A stretch of DNA of 63,570 nt, filler included, from Octopus bimaculoides (lineage: Eukaryota): the NCBI RefSeq assembly GCF_001194135.2. It is 4 parts of 4 records of this genome, joined end to end, with 100 filler letters (N's around TTAATTAATTAA, not from the genome) between each part and the next. Parts side by side here need not be neighbours in the genome. Positions count along the whole stretch, not along the records: positions 1 to 31,458 come from NC_068985.1; 3 more parts are not named here. One strand, given 5' to 3'. A model generated the notes under the pieces. It saw nothing but the letters and a program-made list of their open reading frames with translations, searched no databases and had not been told where the DNA came from. A program made the position numbers and the translations under genes. Below are positions 14,220-28,615 of the stretch, one piece after another. Every line of letters starts with the position of its first letter. Positions within the stretch are counted from its first letter, which is position 1.

Positions 14220-14707
14220 TCATTTTTAATGGAGACACAAAACCTGAAATTTTAGGAGAGGAGATAGTCGATTATATCAAGCCCAGGAGTGTAACAGGAA
14301 CTCATCTCATCGACCTCGAAAGGATGAAAGGAAAAGGCGACTCAGAACGTAAAGACGGGCGAAATACTGCTAAGCATTTCGCCTGGCGTGCTAACGTTTC
14401 TTATTTCTTCATTGCCCACAAGGGGCTAAACATAGATGGGACTAACAAGGACAGATAAAGGGATTACGTCGATTACATCGACCCCAGTGCGTAACTGGTA
14501 CTTAATTTATCGACCCCGAAAGAATGAAATGCAAAGTCGACCTCGGCGGAATTTGAACTCAGAAAGTAGCGACAGTCGAAATACCTATTTCTTTACTGCC
14601 CACAAGGGGCTACACACAGAGGGGACAAACAAGGACAGACAAACGGATTAAGTCGATTATATCGACCCCAGTACGTAACTGGTAATTAAATTTATCGACC
14701 CCGAAAG
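14220..14707 (-). mobile_element. Three tandem SINE family A units
   Basis: Repeated gtcgattacatcgacccca and gacagataaagggatta/gacagacaaacggatta blocks. Confidence 0.8.
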
Positions 14708-14799
14708 NNNNNNNNNNNNNNNNNNNNNNNNNNNNNNNNNNNNNNNNNNNNNNNNNNNNNNNNNNNNNNNNNNNNNNNNNNNNNNTGATGATGATGATG

Positions 14800-14857
<58 letters not shown>

Positions 14858-16859
14858 TAATAATAATAATAATAATAATAATCATAGTTCTAATTTTTGG
14901 CCTAAAGCCATCTGTTTTTAGATCCCTGTACTCAACAGATCCTGGAAGAATGTAAGTCAAAGTCGCTCTAGGTGGAATTTGAACTGAGAACGCAGACAGA
15001 CCAAATGCCGTTAAGCATTTTGTACAACGCGTTATTGATTCTCAAAATAACAGTAATAATACTAGCGGGAAGTCTATGGTTTATTTAAATAGTGTCATGT
15101 GAATAGTTCGCAAATAATTACTCGGCCCCGAAAGATTGAATGACGAAGCTGACCTCTCTGAAATTTGAATTCAGAACATTAAGAAACGTAACTAAATATG
15201 AAAAAAACAACAAAAAATAAAACTCATCAGTGGCAAAACATCAACCGTGTAACATTTCTGTAACTCATTACTCTAATAATAATAGCATTAATAACGACGA
15301 CGAGGACGATGATGATGACGATGATGATGATGATGGTAGTGGTGCTGGCGATGTTAATGATGATGATGGTGTTGATGATGATTATAATAGAGGTGCTTAT
15401 AATGTTACTGCTGGTGGCTCATGATGATGATGATGATGATGATGATGTAGTGATGATGATGGTGATGTAGTGATGATGATGAAGATGATGATGATGAAGA
15501 TGATGATGATGTTGATGATGACGACGACGACGACGACAACGGCAATGATGATGACAACGATGATGTTGATGGTGCTGACGAGGGTGATTATGATGATAAT
15601 AATTTATGACGATGGTGAAAATGATGGTGATGATGATGATGATGATGATGATGATAGTGGTGGTGGTGGTCGTCGTCGTTGTGGTGGTGGTNNNNNNNNN
15701 NNNNNNNNNNNNNNNNNNNNNNNNNNNNNNNNNNNNNNNNNNNNNGGTGGTGGTAGTGGTGGTGGTGGTGGTGGTAGTGGTGGTGGTGGTGGTGGTGGTG
15801 GTGATGATGATGATGATGATGATGATGATGTCGGGGCTGGTGAATGTGACGAAACTGTAATCTCAGGTGTTTTGATTTAGATGTGGTCACCATTATTAAG
15901 AGTCCTATATCAGAAATTCGTTCAGGTGTGACAATATAACAACAACAAGAAGAAATATATTCAACGACATCAAGGTACGATAAGCTCAAACTCATTAATT
16001 ATCCATCAATCACATTACAACTCCTTCTCTTCAACCATTCAGGCATTGACCTTGTTTCAATGTAAGAAACTAATATTGTTTGACTACAGAGTAGCAGCAG
16101 ACATTATTCAGATAAATGATCTTAAATAATCTCTTGAACATGACACTCGAGAAAAGAATCGAAACGTTAGAATCGTAGACATTTAGCTACGGCTATTTGG
16201 GTAGGTATTACTGCGTTCTAATTCTTCCTTCACAGGAAACTACCATTCTAGAATTTGGTCGGTTTAATCAGCTATAACTTGTCTCACATATTTGTGGCAT
16301 TGCCTGTTTCAAATATCATCAGTCCCATGAAAGAGAGAGGAAAAAAAATCTGTAAGGTTTCGCAAAAGGATGCGTTCTCCGATGACGAAAAAGAAATATT
16401 GATCTGCTTTTCCTGTTCGGATCCTCCAGAATGTGTAGTAAGGAGCTTGCATCTCAACCACATCGATCCGGGTTTAGTACCACACCTATGATGGACACAC
16501 ATCATAATAAAGAAGGAGATACTTTCTGATAGGAGAAGTAACAGCGATCAAATCTTGACGTTCGAAACTCATTGAACTGATTAAGAATGATTAGAAACGA
16601 TGTTGTTATCACAAAATATCGTAAAAGGTGACAAAACACCTTCATCACTTGTTATACATTAACCACATACGCAAACTTCCTTGCGTCAAGTATATCTTAT
16701 GAAACGCGTATAAATATGTGTGTGTATACGAGCTACGAGTGTGCGTTTCCCTTCTGCATTTCTCACACTTTATACATATGCACGCGCATCTGCTGGTGTG
16801 TTCATCTTAGATTAGTACTTCGATAATTTATTCAGCTATTATTGACTTAGGCCAAGACA

Positions 16860-17062
16860 GACTTAATGGTACCATCTGGAGAAGTGTTTAAAGTCATGTT
16901 TCGGGATACCGTAGACCACAAGAAAACAGTTGAAGGGCTTCCCATCTGTTTCGATACAGATGAAGTCTCCTCTTGTGTAAATTGACGCTCTTGGTGTCAA
17001 ACACAGATCAGGGATAAAGGGAGAAGAGGACAGGGGGTAGGACGCAACCTTGCTTCATACGT
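16860..17062 (-). mobile_element. RTE-like LINE RT fragment
   Basis: Minus strand MKQGCVLPPVLFSLY (QG motif) and ETDGKPFN (RTE RTDGKLFN-like). Confidence 0.6.
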
Positions 17063-17649
17063 ACATACGCACAAACACACACACGCACACATTTACAGAC
17101 ACACATACACCACATCCACGCATATGTTCACTCACACAAAGCACCAACACACACATATACATCTATGATTGTTTGTGTATATATTCATAAAACCATATAT
17201 ATAAACACGTATATATCTCTACGCATATTTATATATTTATGTCTGTGTACACGTGTTATTTTCTTTCTGCTTCTGTGTTTTTATGTGTATGTATTTCTAT
17301 TCATTTGTTTGGTAATTTAATTCCTTTGCATTGTATGTATATGTGTCTATATGTTTTCCTGGTCTTATATGTATTCGTCTGTTTTTTTTTTATAAAAGAA
17401 AGCGTGGGTTTTTGAGTACATCAATGTATATGTGTGTTCGTGTGCGTCTGTGTGCGTGCATATTTGTTTGTTTGTTTGTGCGTGTGTCTGTGTTGCGTGT
17501 GTGTTTGTGTGTGAGCGTACATTCACACATAGTTATACTCCTTCACACAAATATTTGAATAGGAAGGGTAAAAAAAAAAAAAAAGAAAACGTACAAATAT
17601 TCTACAATATGTAAAATAGTATTAAAAAAAAATATATATATAATCGGGA

Positions 17650-17911
17650 CCCTCATCAAAAAATAAAATATGGAAACCACCACCGAAATGAAATAAATGC
17701 ACAGACGCCACAACAAAATAAATAAATAAAGAGAAAAAAAAATGAATAAAAGCAATAATCTCTCCATAAACAATGATAACAATACAACAAAAGAAAATAA
17801 CAATAGCACCATCCCCTCCTCGTCTTCCTCCTCCTCCACCTCCTCCTCCACCTCCTCCTTCTCCTCCTCCTCCTCTTCGTCGTCATCATCAACTTCATCG
17901 TCAATATCATT

Positions 17912-17972
<61 letters not shown>

Positions 17973-18093
17973 CCATTATCGTCGCCATCATTTTCATCAT
18001 CATCATCATCATCANNNNNNNNNNTCTTCATCATCAGCATCTTGATAATGAACAACATCCTCCTCCTCCTCCTCCTGATCAACATCCCTATGC

Positions 18094-18153
<60 letters not shown>

Positions 18154-18549
18154 GACAACCATCATCAACCACATTATCGACATAACACAAAAAAAGAAAA
18201 CGCTTCGATTCTCCCCCACCGCAACTCGAACACATCTTCACACCATCCAATAGCACCGACATGAGCACCACCATTACTTCCAATAGATAGCAACAAGTGT
18301 TAAGCAAGACACATAAGAGAGAACCGTCAGAAAGCTTGAATGGCAACTCTGTTGTGGTAGAGGAATGGGGTGGCGTGAAGGAATGGAGGCTTCCGAAACG
18401 AAACGAAATAGAAAAAACTAATATATCGGGATATCTTGCTTTTATTTTCAATTTTTATTCCTTCTTTTCAACCGAATATTTTACAGAAAGCAAATATTAA
18501 TAAAATAATAATAATAACAACAACAACAACAACAATAATAATCATAACA

Positions 18550-18585
<36 letters not shown>

Positions 18586-18762
18586 TTAAATGTAAAAGTT
18601 TAAGAAAGGAAAGACAACGTGAACCAAAAGAATTAGAATGAAATTAAATAAATAACTGTTATAATAACAATAAATAAATAGTATTAATCATAATCTTTGC
18701 AATAACGTTACTACTGCTGCTGCTACTACTGCTACTACTACTACTACTACTACTACTACTAG

Positions 18763-18815
<53 letters not shown>

Positions 18816-19144
18816 ATGTTACAAGAAATAATAACAGCAACAATAATAAAGGTGGTGATGATGATGATGACGACGACGACGACGATGACGACGACGACGA
18901 TGATGATGATGATGATGATGATAATGAAAACAACAACAATGATAACGATAACAGGAACAACATCATCAACAACAACAGCAAAAACAACAACAGCAATAAT
19001 TTTAACATGCGTACGATGATTGTGAAGATGATGATGATGATGATGTTGTCAGGAATAGTAATAATAATAACAATATTAAAAATAACTATACTACTACTAC
19101 TACTACTACTACTACTGATAATAATAATAATAATAATAGTAGTA

Positions 19145-19203
<59 letters not shown>

Positions 19204-19260
19204 CAGAAATAATAGTTATTGTATCTACACCAAAATCAATATTAATAATAAAGCGAGAAA
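17650..19260. repeat. Compound trinucleotide microsatellite field (ATC/GAT, CCT, CTA, GAC, AAC, AAT)
   Basis: Direct inspection. Similar fields at 10740-10942, 14786-14885, 15290-15830, 24680-24822 and 25810-26000. Confidence 0.95.
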
Positions 19261-22200
19261 GAATAGCCGTTTCGCTTGACNNNNNNNNNNNNNNNNNNNN
19301 NNNNNNNNNNNNNNNNNNNNNNNNNNNNNNNNNNNNNNNNNNNNNNNNNNNNNNNNNNNNNNNNNNNNNNNNNNNNNNNNNNNNNNNNNNNNNNNNNNNN
19401 NNNNNNNNNNNNNNNNNNNNNNNNNNNNNNNNNNNNNNNNNNNNNNNNNNNNNNNNNNNNNNNNNNNNNNNNNNNNNNNNNNNNNNNNNNNNNNNNNNNN
19501 NNNNNNNNNNNNNNNNNNNNNNNNNNNNNNNNNNNNNNNNNNNNNNNNNNNNNNNNNNNNNNNNNNNNNNNNNNNNNNNNNNNNNNNNNNNNNNNNNNNN
19601 NNNNNNNNNNNNNNNNNNNNNNNNNNNNNNNNNNNNNNNNNNNNNNNNNNNNNNNNNNNNNNNNATATATATATAAATTTATTTGTAAAGATGTGTGTGT
19701 ATTTATGAATGTGTATGTATGTGTGTCTATATATAAATATATATATATATATATATGCATATATGTATACGTATGTATATATATATTTATGCGTACGTGT
19801 GTTCGTTTGCGTATGTATGTTTTAATTTTGCGTGTGCATAGACTCATACCTTTTAAACGCACTTATATATATGTGTGTGTACATGTTTCTCTTATCATAC
19901 CCCTATATACACATTAAGAAATATAAAGATATATTGGTTTGTTTGGAAAAACATCAATATAAACTCTCATTTAGTACTCAAGAATAGTCACGTACACACA
20001 CACACACACACACACACACAGATATATGTGTGTGTGTATGTATGTGTATACATACATACATACATACGCACACACACACACATGCACATATTTACATATA
20101 CATATATATATGGCAAATGAAGGATGGAAGATGTGAAATGCAACGAGAATTTATTGTTAATCACGACAATTGTTTCGACACACATCTAGCATCGATCCCT
20201 CATGAGTGGGACACTCAAGAGCTGGTTCAAGAGCATCCGGCTCTGCAGATGTATCTCGTCGGGTGATAAATACATGGAACTCGTTAAAATAACAATTCCG
20301 CAATATAACTTCTCTTTCTAGAGAAAGAAAAACGTCCAGACGGAGGAAATATCTTTATTTATATAGAAGATCAAAAATAAAATCAAAGATGGCAACGAGA
20401 TTAACGAACACACAATCCAGCGAGAAAAGTATTATATCTATATACATATGTATTTACATCAGTCATCTGAGCGCGGCCATGCTGGACCACCACCTTGACG
20501 AATTTTGTGTCGAATGTATCGATTCCGGTACTTATTTCCATCTTTGAAGTTCCCTCTTCGAACTTCTCTGCATTAAGGTCTGAAATGTAAGATCTTCTCT
20601 ATCCAGATGACGGATGCTCGTCTCATCCTCTGTTAACTGCATCCATACGGCCGCATTTTGTGATGAACTAAATCAACCAATATTATTATGGACCACCGAG
20701 CCCCCCCCCCCACACACACACCTGTTAGACTTATAACACCTTTCTTCTACCCATTCAATTTTCTCTGTTGTTCGTACTCTATGTAAGTTGAACCTATTGA
20801 TATGAATATCTATATATTTATGCATGTAAATTCATCAACAGAAAATTTCCACCTTTTACTTTCTCTCACTTTGCAATTATACTCATATACATTTTTTATT
20901 TGATTACTTAATATATTTCATGCGACTAATTTCATTATCTCTATAATTGCTTCATTATCTCTATAATTGCTTCAACCTGAACCCAATTATAGCCTTTCTT
21001 TACCTTCTGGAATGATCCTCTGTAGAGACATCGGAGTCTAAGTTTGAATCCTTTGCGCATTACTAAGGGTCTTCTATATGGAGAATATCTGGTTCTCATC
21101 CGTGAACTCTATATGTGTATACATAAATATGTGCGTGTGTGTATGTTTATATATATATATGTATATACATATATATCTGCCTTCATTGCGGATAACCGAT
21201 GACTTGCACACCCAGAACCTTCCTCTCTTGTCCATCACCGTCTTCAATCCAGTGGCAAAACCAAGTCGAAGCGAATGGTGATTGAGAAAGATGTTTTTCT
21301 TACCTCATCCTGCTCTATGGGCTTGATACAGCGCTGATGCCGTCGTCTTGCTCTGCAAGGCGAAATATCTCAGTCAGCAATAACATTAGTCTGACAAAAC
21401 CATCCATATGCAGAATACTGAAATCCACGTATTTAAGGCCTTACTAAAATACAATTGAAGAACAGGCGTAGAATTAAAAACATAGAGGAGGAAATTTTAT
21501 TCCATGGCGTTTATATATGCTACAGTTTGTCATACTATATATCAGTCTGTAAAACAATCATTCAATTGATCTATCTATCTATCTATCTAATTTTCGGTCA
21601 ATGTGTCTGTTTATCTGACTGTCCGTCTGTATATGCATGTCTGTATATGTCTCTCTGTGTTTTATCACAAATATGATTATAGACGTACACATACACAAGT
21701 ACATACAAATATATATATATGTGTTTATATATGTGTTTATATATATATATATATATATAAGGATTTATTTTTATATTCACACGCTGATATATGACCTACG
21801 TTGGACCCCTTATTCACATAATCACCGAACCTGGAGCTTAACTATGGNNNNNNNNNNNNNNNNNNNNNNNNNNNNNNNNNNNNNNNNNNNNNNNNNNNNN
21901 NNNNNNNNNNNNNNNNNNNNNNNNNNNNNNNNNNNNNNNNNNNNNNNNNNNNNNNNNNNNNNNNNNNNNNNNNNNNNNNNNNNNNNNNNNNNNNNNNNNN
22001 NNNNNNNNNNNNNNNNNNNNNNNNNNNNNNNNNNNNNNNNNNNNNNNNNNNNNNNNNNNNNNNNNNNNNNNNNNNNNNNNNNNNNNNNNNNNNNNNNNNN
22101 NNNNNNNNNNNNNNNNNNNNNNNNNNNNNNNNNNNNNNNNNGAATGTGTCGCCTGCCGTATATTTTCTTAAGGACGGTACTCATTCTATCGATCTCTTGT

Positions 22201-22719
22201 TGTCAGCCGATAGGTGGAGGAAAGAAAACAGACACAAAGACAGACACACACACACACACCCGCACACATGCATACACATAAATATATATATACCTGACAG
22301 GCTCCTTTTAGTTTCCGTCTATGAAATCTACTCACAAGGCTTTGGTCGGCCCGAGGCTGTTGCAGAAGACAAATGCCTAAGTTGCCCTCCATGGACAGTA
22401 GAGTGAACTCGGAACTATGTGGTTTGGAAGCCAGCTTCTTACCAAACAGCCACGCATATGCCTATATATATATGATCAACCACATCATGCACACACATAC
22501 ACAAACACACCCACGATTATCAGATTTAAATTCTGTTGAACATTTTTCCATATTTCGTTCCAAGTTCTTGCTTATCTTCCAGCCTTTTCTTTGATGTCAT
22601 ATTCTCCGTTCGTTAATTTCCTAGCCTCGTAATTTCAGGCCATAGAATAATTGAGTTCTTAATATATAAATTAGAGAAACGTTCTATAATTCTACAATTG
22701 AAATCCATAACCCCATAAA

Positions 22720-22850
22720 ACATACAAATTTCCGCTCTCGGAATCTGATCTTTTCAAAGCTGACTGGAAGTCACTGAAGGTTAAACTTCGAAAAATAGAT
22801 TGGTTCAAACAGGAAACGGAAAAACTAAAATTCAATGTTGAGAAATAACC
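22720..22850 (+). mobile_element. Possible CR1/L2 LINE relic
   Basis: LFKADWKSLKVKLRKIDW resembles the F-x-KADW...IDW linker motif. Confidence 0.45.
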
Positions 22851-23399
22851 AAGTCGTTGAAGCGTTAAGCTTATTTTAAATAAACACACATACGCACACA
22901 CACGCGCGCGTGCATATACGCATACGTACGCTCACAAACACACTCGCACAAACACATGCGCGCATACACATACCAAGTAATGGAGCTCCATTTCTATAGA
23001 CAGGTGAAGCTTCATTGTGAAGAGAGGAAATATTTCTAAAGTTTTAAGATGAAAACCGCCACCTGGTTGCAGTGAATGAAGTTATAGTGTCATAGCAATT
23101 CTTATACGATACGTAGCTATTATAAAATAAAGCCTCAAGTTTAGTAGTTAGGGTATGGATCGAAGAAGGGCCACACTTAGTATTTTACTGGTATTTGTAG
23201 AAACAAATTGGCACAATAAGAATATTATATACATATGCGTGTCTATGTATACAAATCACGGTATGTATGCATATGTGTATTTATGCATCTCTCTCTGTCT
23301 CTCTCTATATATATAGGCTTCCATTGTATACATATACATATACATATACATATATAAATGCATGGATATGTATTTATGTATATTTATGTATATGTATTT

Positions 23400-23511
23400 T
23401 AATAGTTATCGCCAAGCCAACATGGCAGTACAAGAAATAGAACGAATGCTGCCGTTGATTAGCATTCGTTCTATATCATGGACTGCCATGTTGGCTTGGC
23501 GATAACTATTA
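23400..23511. repeat. 112-bp fold-back element (perfect 30-bp outer arms, 14-bp inner arms)
   Basis: taatagttatcgccaagccaacatggcagt / actgccatgttggcttggcgataactatta; atagaacgaatgct / agcattcgttctat. Confidence 0.9.
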
Positions 23512-24710
23512 ATAACCAGTACCGCTGCCGTAGTCTCCTTAGATAGACTTAGAAATATTAATATTTCTATTTATGTATATGCATGTATATGTATAAGTGT
23601 GTATATATGTGTGTATTTATATTTATAACTTAACCTTATGAACTTTCTAAACTCTCTGACGAAGCCCAGAGGCACTCCCAAGTACCTTAATTTTATCTAA
23701 GCAAATATTTCTTCACTGAAGGCATGGAAGTAAAGTGAGGTACTATGACCTCTTGGCTGAAACGGCTGTAAGAAACTATTCTATTTTCTATGTTCTACAT
23801 AATATATTTTAACAATTACTGTTATTTCGTCAGCTGACTCTATTCTAACTAGACGTTTCGAAGATAATANNNNNNNNNNNNNNNNNNNNNNNNNNNNNNN
23901 NNNNNNNNNNNNNNNNNNNNNNNNNNNNNNNNNNNNNNNNNNNNNNNNNNNNNNNNNNNNNNNNNNNNNNNNNNNNNNNNNNNNNNNNNNNNNNNNNNNN
24001 NNNNNNNNNNNNNNNNNNNNNNNNNNNNNNNNNNNNNNNNNNNNNNNNNNNNNNNNNNNNNNNNNNNNNNNNNNNNNNNNNNNNNNNNNNNNNNNNNNNN
24101 NNNNNNNNNNNNNNNNNNNNNNNNNNNNNNNNNNNNNNNNNNNNNNNNNNNNNNNNNNNNNNNNNNNNNNNNNNNNNNNNNNNNNNNNNNNNNNNNNNNN
24201 NNNNNNNNNNNNNNNNNNNNNNNNNNNNNNNNNNNNNNNNNNNNNNNNNNNNNNNNNNNNNNNNNNNNNNNNNNNNNNNNNNNNNNNNNNNNNNNNNNNN
24301 NNNNNNNNNNNNNNNNNNNNNNNNNNNNNNNNNNNNNNNNNNNNNNNNNNNNNNNNNNNNNNNNNNNNNNNNNNNNNNNNNNNNNNNNNNNNNNNNNNNN
24401 NNNNNNNNNNNNNNNNNNNNNNNNNNNNNNNNNNNNNNNNNNNNNNNNNNNNNNNNNNNNNNNNNNNNNNNNNNNNNNNNNNNNNNNNNNNNNNNNNNNN
24501 NNNNNNNNNNNNNNNNNNNNNNNNNNNNNNNNNNNNNNNNNNNNNNNNNNNNNNNNNNNNNNNNNNNNNNNNNTGTAAGAAGTGAATCCTGAAAAGAAAC
24601 AAAACATCACATCTCAATAAAGCATTCAGCGAAAGGGCTTCCGCAACTATTTCCACCATCTACAGAACAACAAAAAACACTACTACTAATACTACTACTA
24701 CTACTACTAA

Positions 24711-24743
<33 letters not shown>

Positions 24744-24744
24744 C

Positions 24745-24823
<79 letters not shown>

Positions 24824-25540
24824 TTCTCATTTGTCCGATTAAATGGAGGAACGCAGACTGATATAATTGAAGTTGGAGATAGCCATCAAGTAAAGTCTGC
24901 GTTCGAGTCGGAGAAGATCGAAGAGAAGGAGGAGGCGAAAATGTAAATATAATCGTATGGAAGAGAATTTCATGGAATTATTGAAAATTAATTAGGTACG
25001 AAGAGACAGATACCAACACCTGGCCAGTGGCTTTAATGAAACAAAAAGCAACATACATGGGGTTAGTAGAAATATTTTTCCTACAAAGAAGATCGAAAAG
25101 AAGGAAAAAAATATGCATGGATACATGGAAGTCATTAAAAATTGTGGAAAATAAAAATGGCGGTTTTGTGAGAGTTGTTATGGCGACTGTGGTAGATATA
25201 TTATAATCATGTTACGGTGGTGAAATGAATATGTTATGGTGTTGAAAAAATATAACAATAAAGCAATTAATTTTGCTAAATGAAATACCCTGTAGGTGTT
25301 TATAAATGTGTGTTGATAGCTGTAGAACAAAAATGAAATGTAATATTATGAAATAAAAAAAATACATAACAGAAGTAGAAACCGTCAGTGTATAATTTCT
25401 TGTTCTTCATTTTTTTCTAAATGTGTTTTTTTTATATTTTTCCAATTATTTTCGTAGATATTTATGAGTTTATACCTTAGTATGTTTTCTTTCCTTTCCA
25501 TTCTTAAAAAAACAACACATATCTACAAAGAGTGAGAGAT

Positions 25541-25593
<53 letters not shown>

Positions 25594-25924
25594 GAGAGAA
25601 AGGGAGAGGAGAAAAACTAACAAGCAAATAAAGAAGAACTAAAATGCAGTAACTCCCTATAGATTAGTGCAATCTCTTGTGGTAGTCATAGACCAAACAA
25701 GTAATATAAAGCAATATGAACTCTAGAAAGTTCTTTTTAGTTTACCAAGGTAAGGGGAGCTAAAATGATTGAGGTTACTCTCTTAATAAAATTGGTAAAA
25801 GACACGATACAACAACGACAACAATAACAGCAACAAATGATAATGACGACGATGATGATGATGATGATGATGATTCCTGTTATAATAATAAAATGGTAAT
25901 AATAATAACAACAACAACAACAAC

Positions 25925-25997
<73 letters not shown>

Positions 25998-26918
25998 TCA
26001 ATGATATAAAAAAAATATTGAAAGAAATAATAAAATGGTGAAAGGAAGAAACAAATATGGAGAAGAATAGCGCGAAAATATCTATTAAAGGTTATCTGTG
26101 TTGTGTGCTGTGTATTGCAATATACAGGGTAGACATTTATTTGGCGGGCAAAAGTTGAAAGGGTATACTGAGACTGAGAAATACCAGACTGTCTCTCTAA
26201 CTCCATCCTTCTCCTCCATACACCGTATCGATTAATACTTTATCATATCAATGTACATAATAGTACAGATCGGTAACTCATATATTATTTAGGGTTTCAA
26301 TAATATGTATGTCTGCATCAATATTTTATCAAACTCATAGCACACGACTCACTTGCTGTTCGAGTCAGTGAAGTAATAGACTACTGATCAAAGATGCGAA
26401 CTGTCCCTCCATTGCTCCCCTGTGAAGTAGTCGACGAAGTCAATTAACTATCGATCTTTTAATATTATCACACCATTCTTTATTTATTTTTAATATATGA
26501 AATCTTATTTTATATTCATTGAAATTATCATTTTTATTTTTTTTATTTTTTAAGATAACCTGGTACTTATTGGTGCAGGAGTAGCCGTGAGATTAAAAAG
26601 CTCGTTTAGCAGCGATATAATTTTTATGTTAAATCGTATTGAGCTTCATCTCGGACATCTGCTTTCTATTACAGCCCCAGGCCGACCAATGCCGTGTGAG
26701 TGGATTTTTGTAGACGGAAACAATGACGAAAACTGTCCTACACATATATGTATTTTTTTACTTGCGTCAGTTATTTCACCTCGGTCATGCAAGGTTTTAG
26801 TCGAACCAATTGACCCCAAGACTTACTTTTGAGCCTTTTACTTATTCTATCAGTCTCTATTGACGAACTGCTACGTTACGGGGAGGTGAACAGAGCAACA
26901 CAGATGCAAAGACACACG

Positions 26919-26993
<75 letters not shown>

Positions 26994-28189
26994 NNNNNNN
27001 NNNNNNNNNNNNNNNNNNNNNNNNNNNNNNNNNNNNNNNNNNNNNNNNNNNNNNNNNNNNNNNNNNNNNNNNNNNNNNNNNNNNNNNNNNNNNNNNNNNN
27101 NNNNNNNNNNNNNNNNNNNNNNNNNNNNNNNNNNNNNNNNNNNNNNNNNNNNNNNNNNNNNNNNNNNNNNNNNNNNNNNNNNNNNNNNNNNNNNNNNNNN
27201 NNNNNNNNNNNNNNNNNNNNNNNNNNNNNNNNNNNNNNNNNNNNNNNNNNNNNNNNNNNNNNNNNNNNNNNNNNNNNNNNNNNNNNNNNNNNNNNNNNNN
27301 NNNNNNNNNNNNNNNNNATATATATATATATATATATATATACACACCAGGCTTACTTCAGTTTCCCTCAACCACATCCACCACAAGGCTTTAGTTGGGC
27401 CGAGGCTATTGTAGAACACACATGCCCAAGTTCCACGCAGTGAGACTGAAATCGGGACCATGTGATTAGGAAGCAAAGGTATACATAATGGTCATTATAC
27501 ATTTATTTATTGAAAGGTTATTTTTATCGAAATTATAGCCAACAACGATTTATTGCTACAACGGTTCCTATCGAGACATCAGATGCAAAGAAAAAGTTGT
27601 AAATAGGTAAAGAGTGCATATGCAATATTTCGCGAAATTTTTCCCCTTCATCATCACCCATCTAACCCATTCTCGTCTCCAAATACATTGCTTATAAAGC
27701 CACTACATATAGCGGTGTTAAGTTATGTGAACATTATTGATTTGTAGGCACGTGGTATCTCGTTATTCAATCATAATATACTATGAAGTATATTAGATAT
27801 TTTTATAAGTCAACACCATGTTCTACTGTGTTAGCAGTGCTTTTAAACTATTTTGTTGAGGTTATTTCTAGAGAAATCTTAGCCAGCACTGACTGTTAGC
27901 TATAAAATTTTGCATCGTTTCGAACGCGAAAGTGGGTTAGAGTGGTGCTGATGAAAGGGCAAAACCCCCGAAATATGGCATATAAACTTATTAGCCATTT
28001 TTTGTCTTCGATCACGTTGTTTTTTTTTACATCTGACGTCTCGATACAAAACGTTGTAGCCAAAAATCAGTGATGGCTATAATTACAGTTGAAAAAATCT
28101 TAACAAAATAATGTAAACAGCACTACTAACGCAGAAGAACGTGGTAGTGGCTTATAAAAATATTTTATGTACGTTATAGTATATTATGA

Positions 28190-28615
28190 AGGCGGTGAGC
28201 TGGCAGAAACGTTAGCACGCCGGGCGAAATGCTTAGCTGTATTTCGTCTGCCGTTACGTTCTGAGTTCAAATTCCGTCGAGGTCGACTTTGCCTTTCATC
28301 CTTTCGGGGTCGATAAATTAAGTAGCAGTTACGCACTGGGGTCGATGTAATCGACTTAATGCCTTTGTCTGTCCTTGTTTGTCCCCTCTATGTTTAGCCC
28401 CTTGTGGGCAATAAATAAATGAGAGACGTTAGCACGCCGGGCGAAATGCTTAGCTGCATTTCGTCAGCCGTTACGTTCCGAGTTAAAATTCCGCCGAGGT
28501 CGACTTTGTCTTTCATCTTTTCAGGGTCGTTAAATTAAGTACCAGTTGTGTACTGGGGTCGATCTTAATGAATGGCCCACTCCCCAAAACTTTCGGGCCT
28601 CGTACCTAGACTAGC
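28190..28615 (+). mobile_element. Head-to-tail dimer of SINE family A, CpG-intact
   Basis: ggcggtgagctggcagaaacgttagcacgccgggcgaaatgc... followed by a second unit starting acgttagcacgccggg at about 28426. Confidence 0.9.

Noticed and set aside
16330-16470. Minus-strand RHRRTHPFAKPYR, reminiscent of a C2H2 linker
   Set aside because: No C-x2-C or second His spacing and an upstream stop; likely chance.
21302-21356. Minus-strand exon-like segment (ccttgcag...GAG|gtaaga) with one open frame ARRRHQRCIKPIEQDE
   Set aside because: No partner exons or recognisable domain; the neighbourhood looks like decayed LINE.
26348-26425. Minus-strand segment with cacag acceptor and gtgagt donor
   Set aside because: Stops in all three frames and no support as a non-coding exon.
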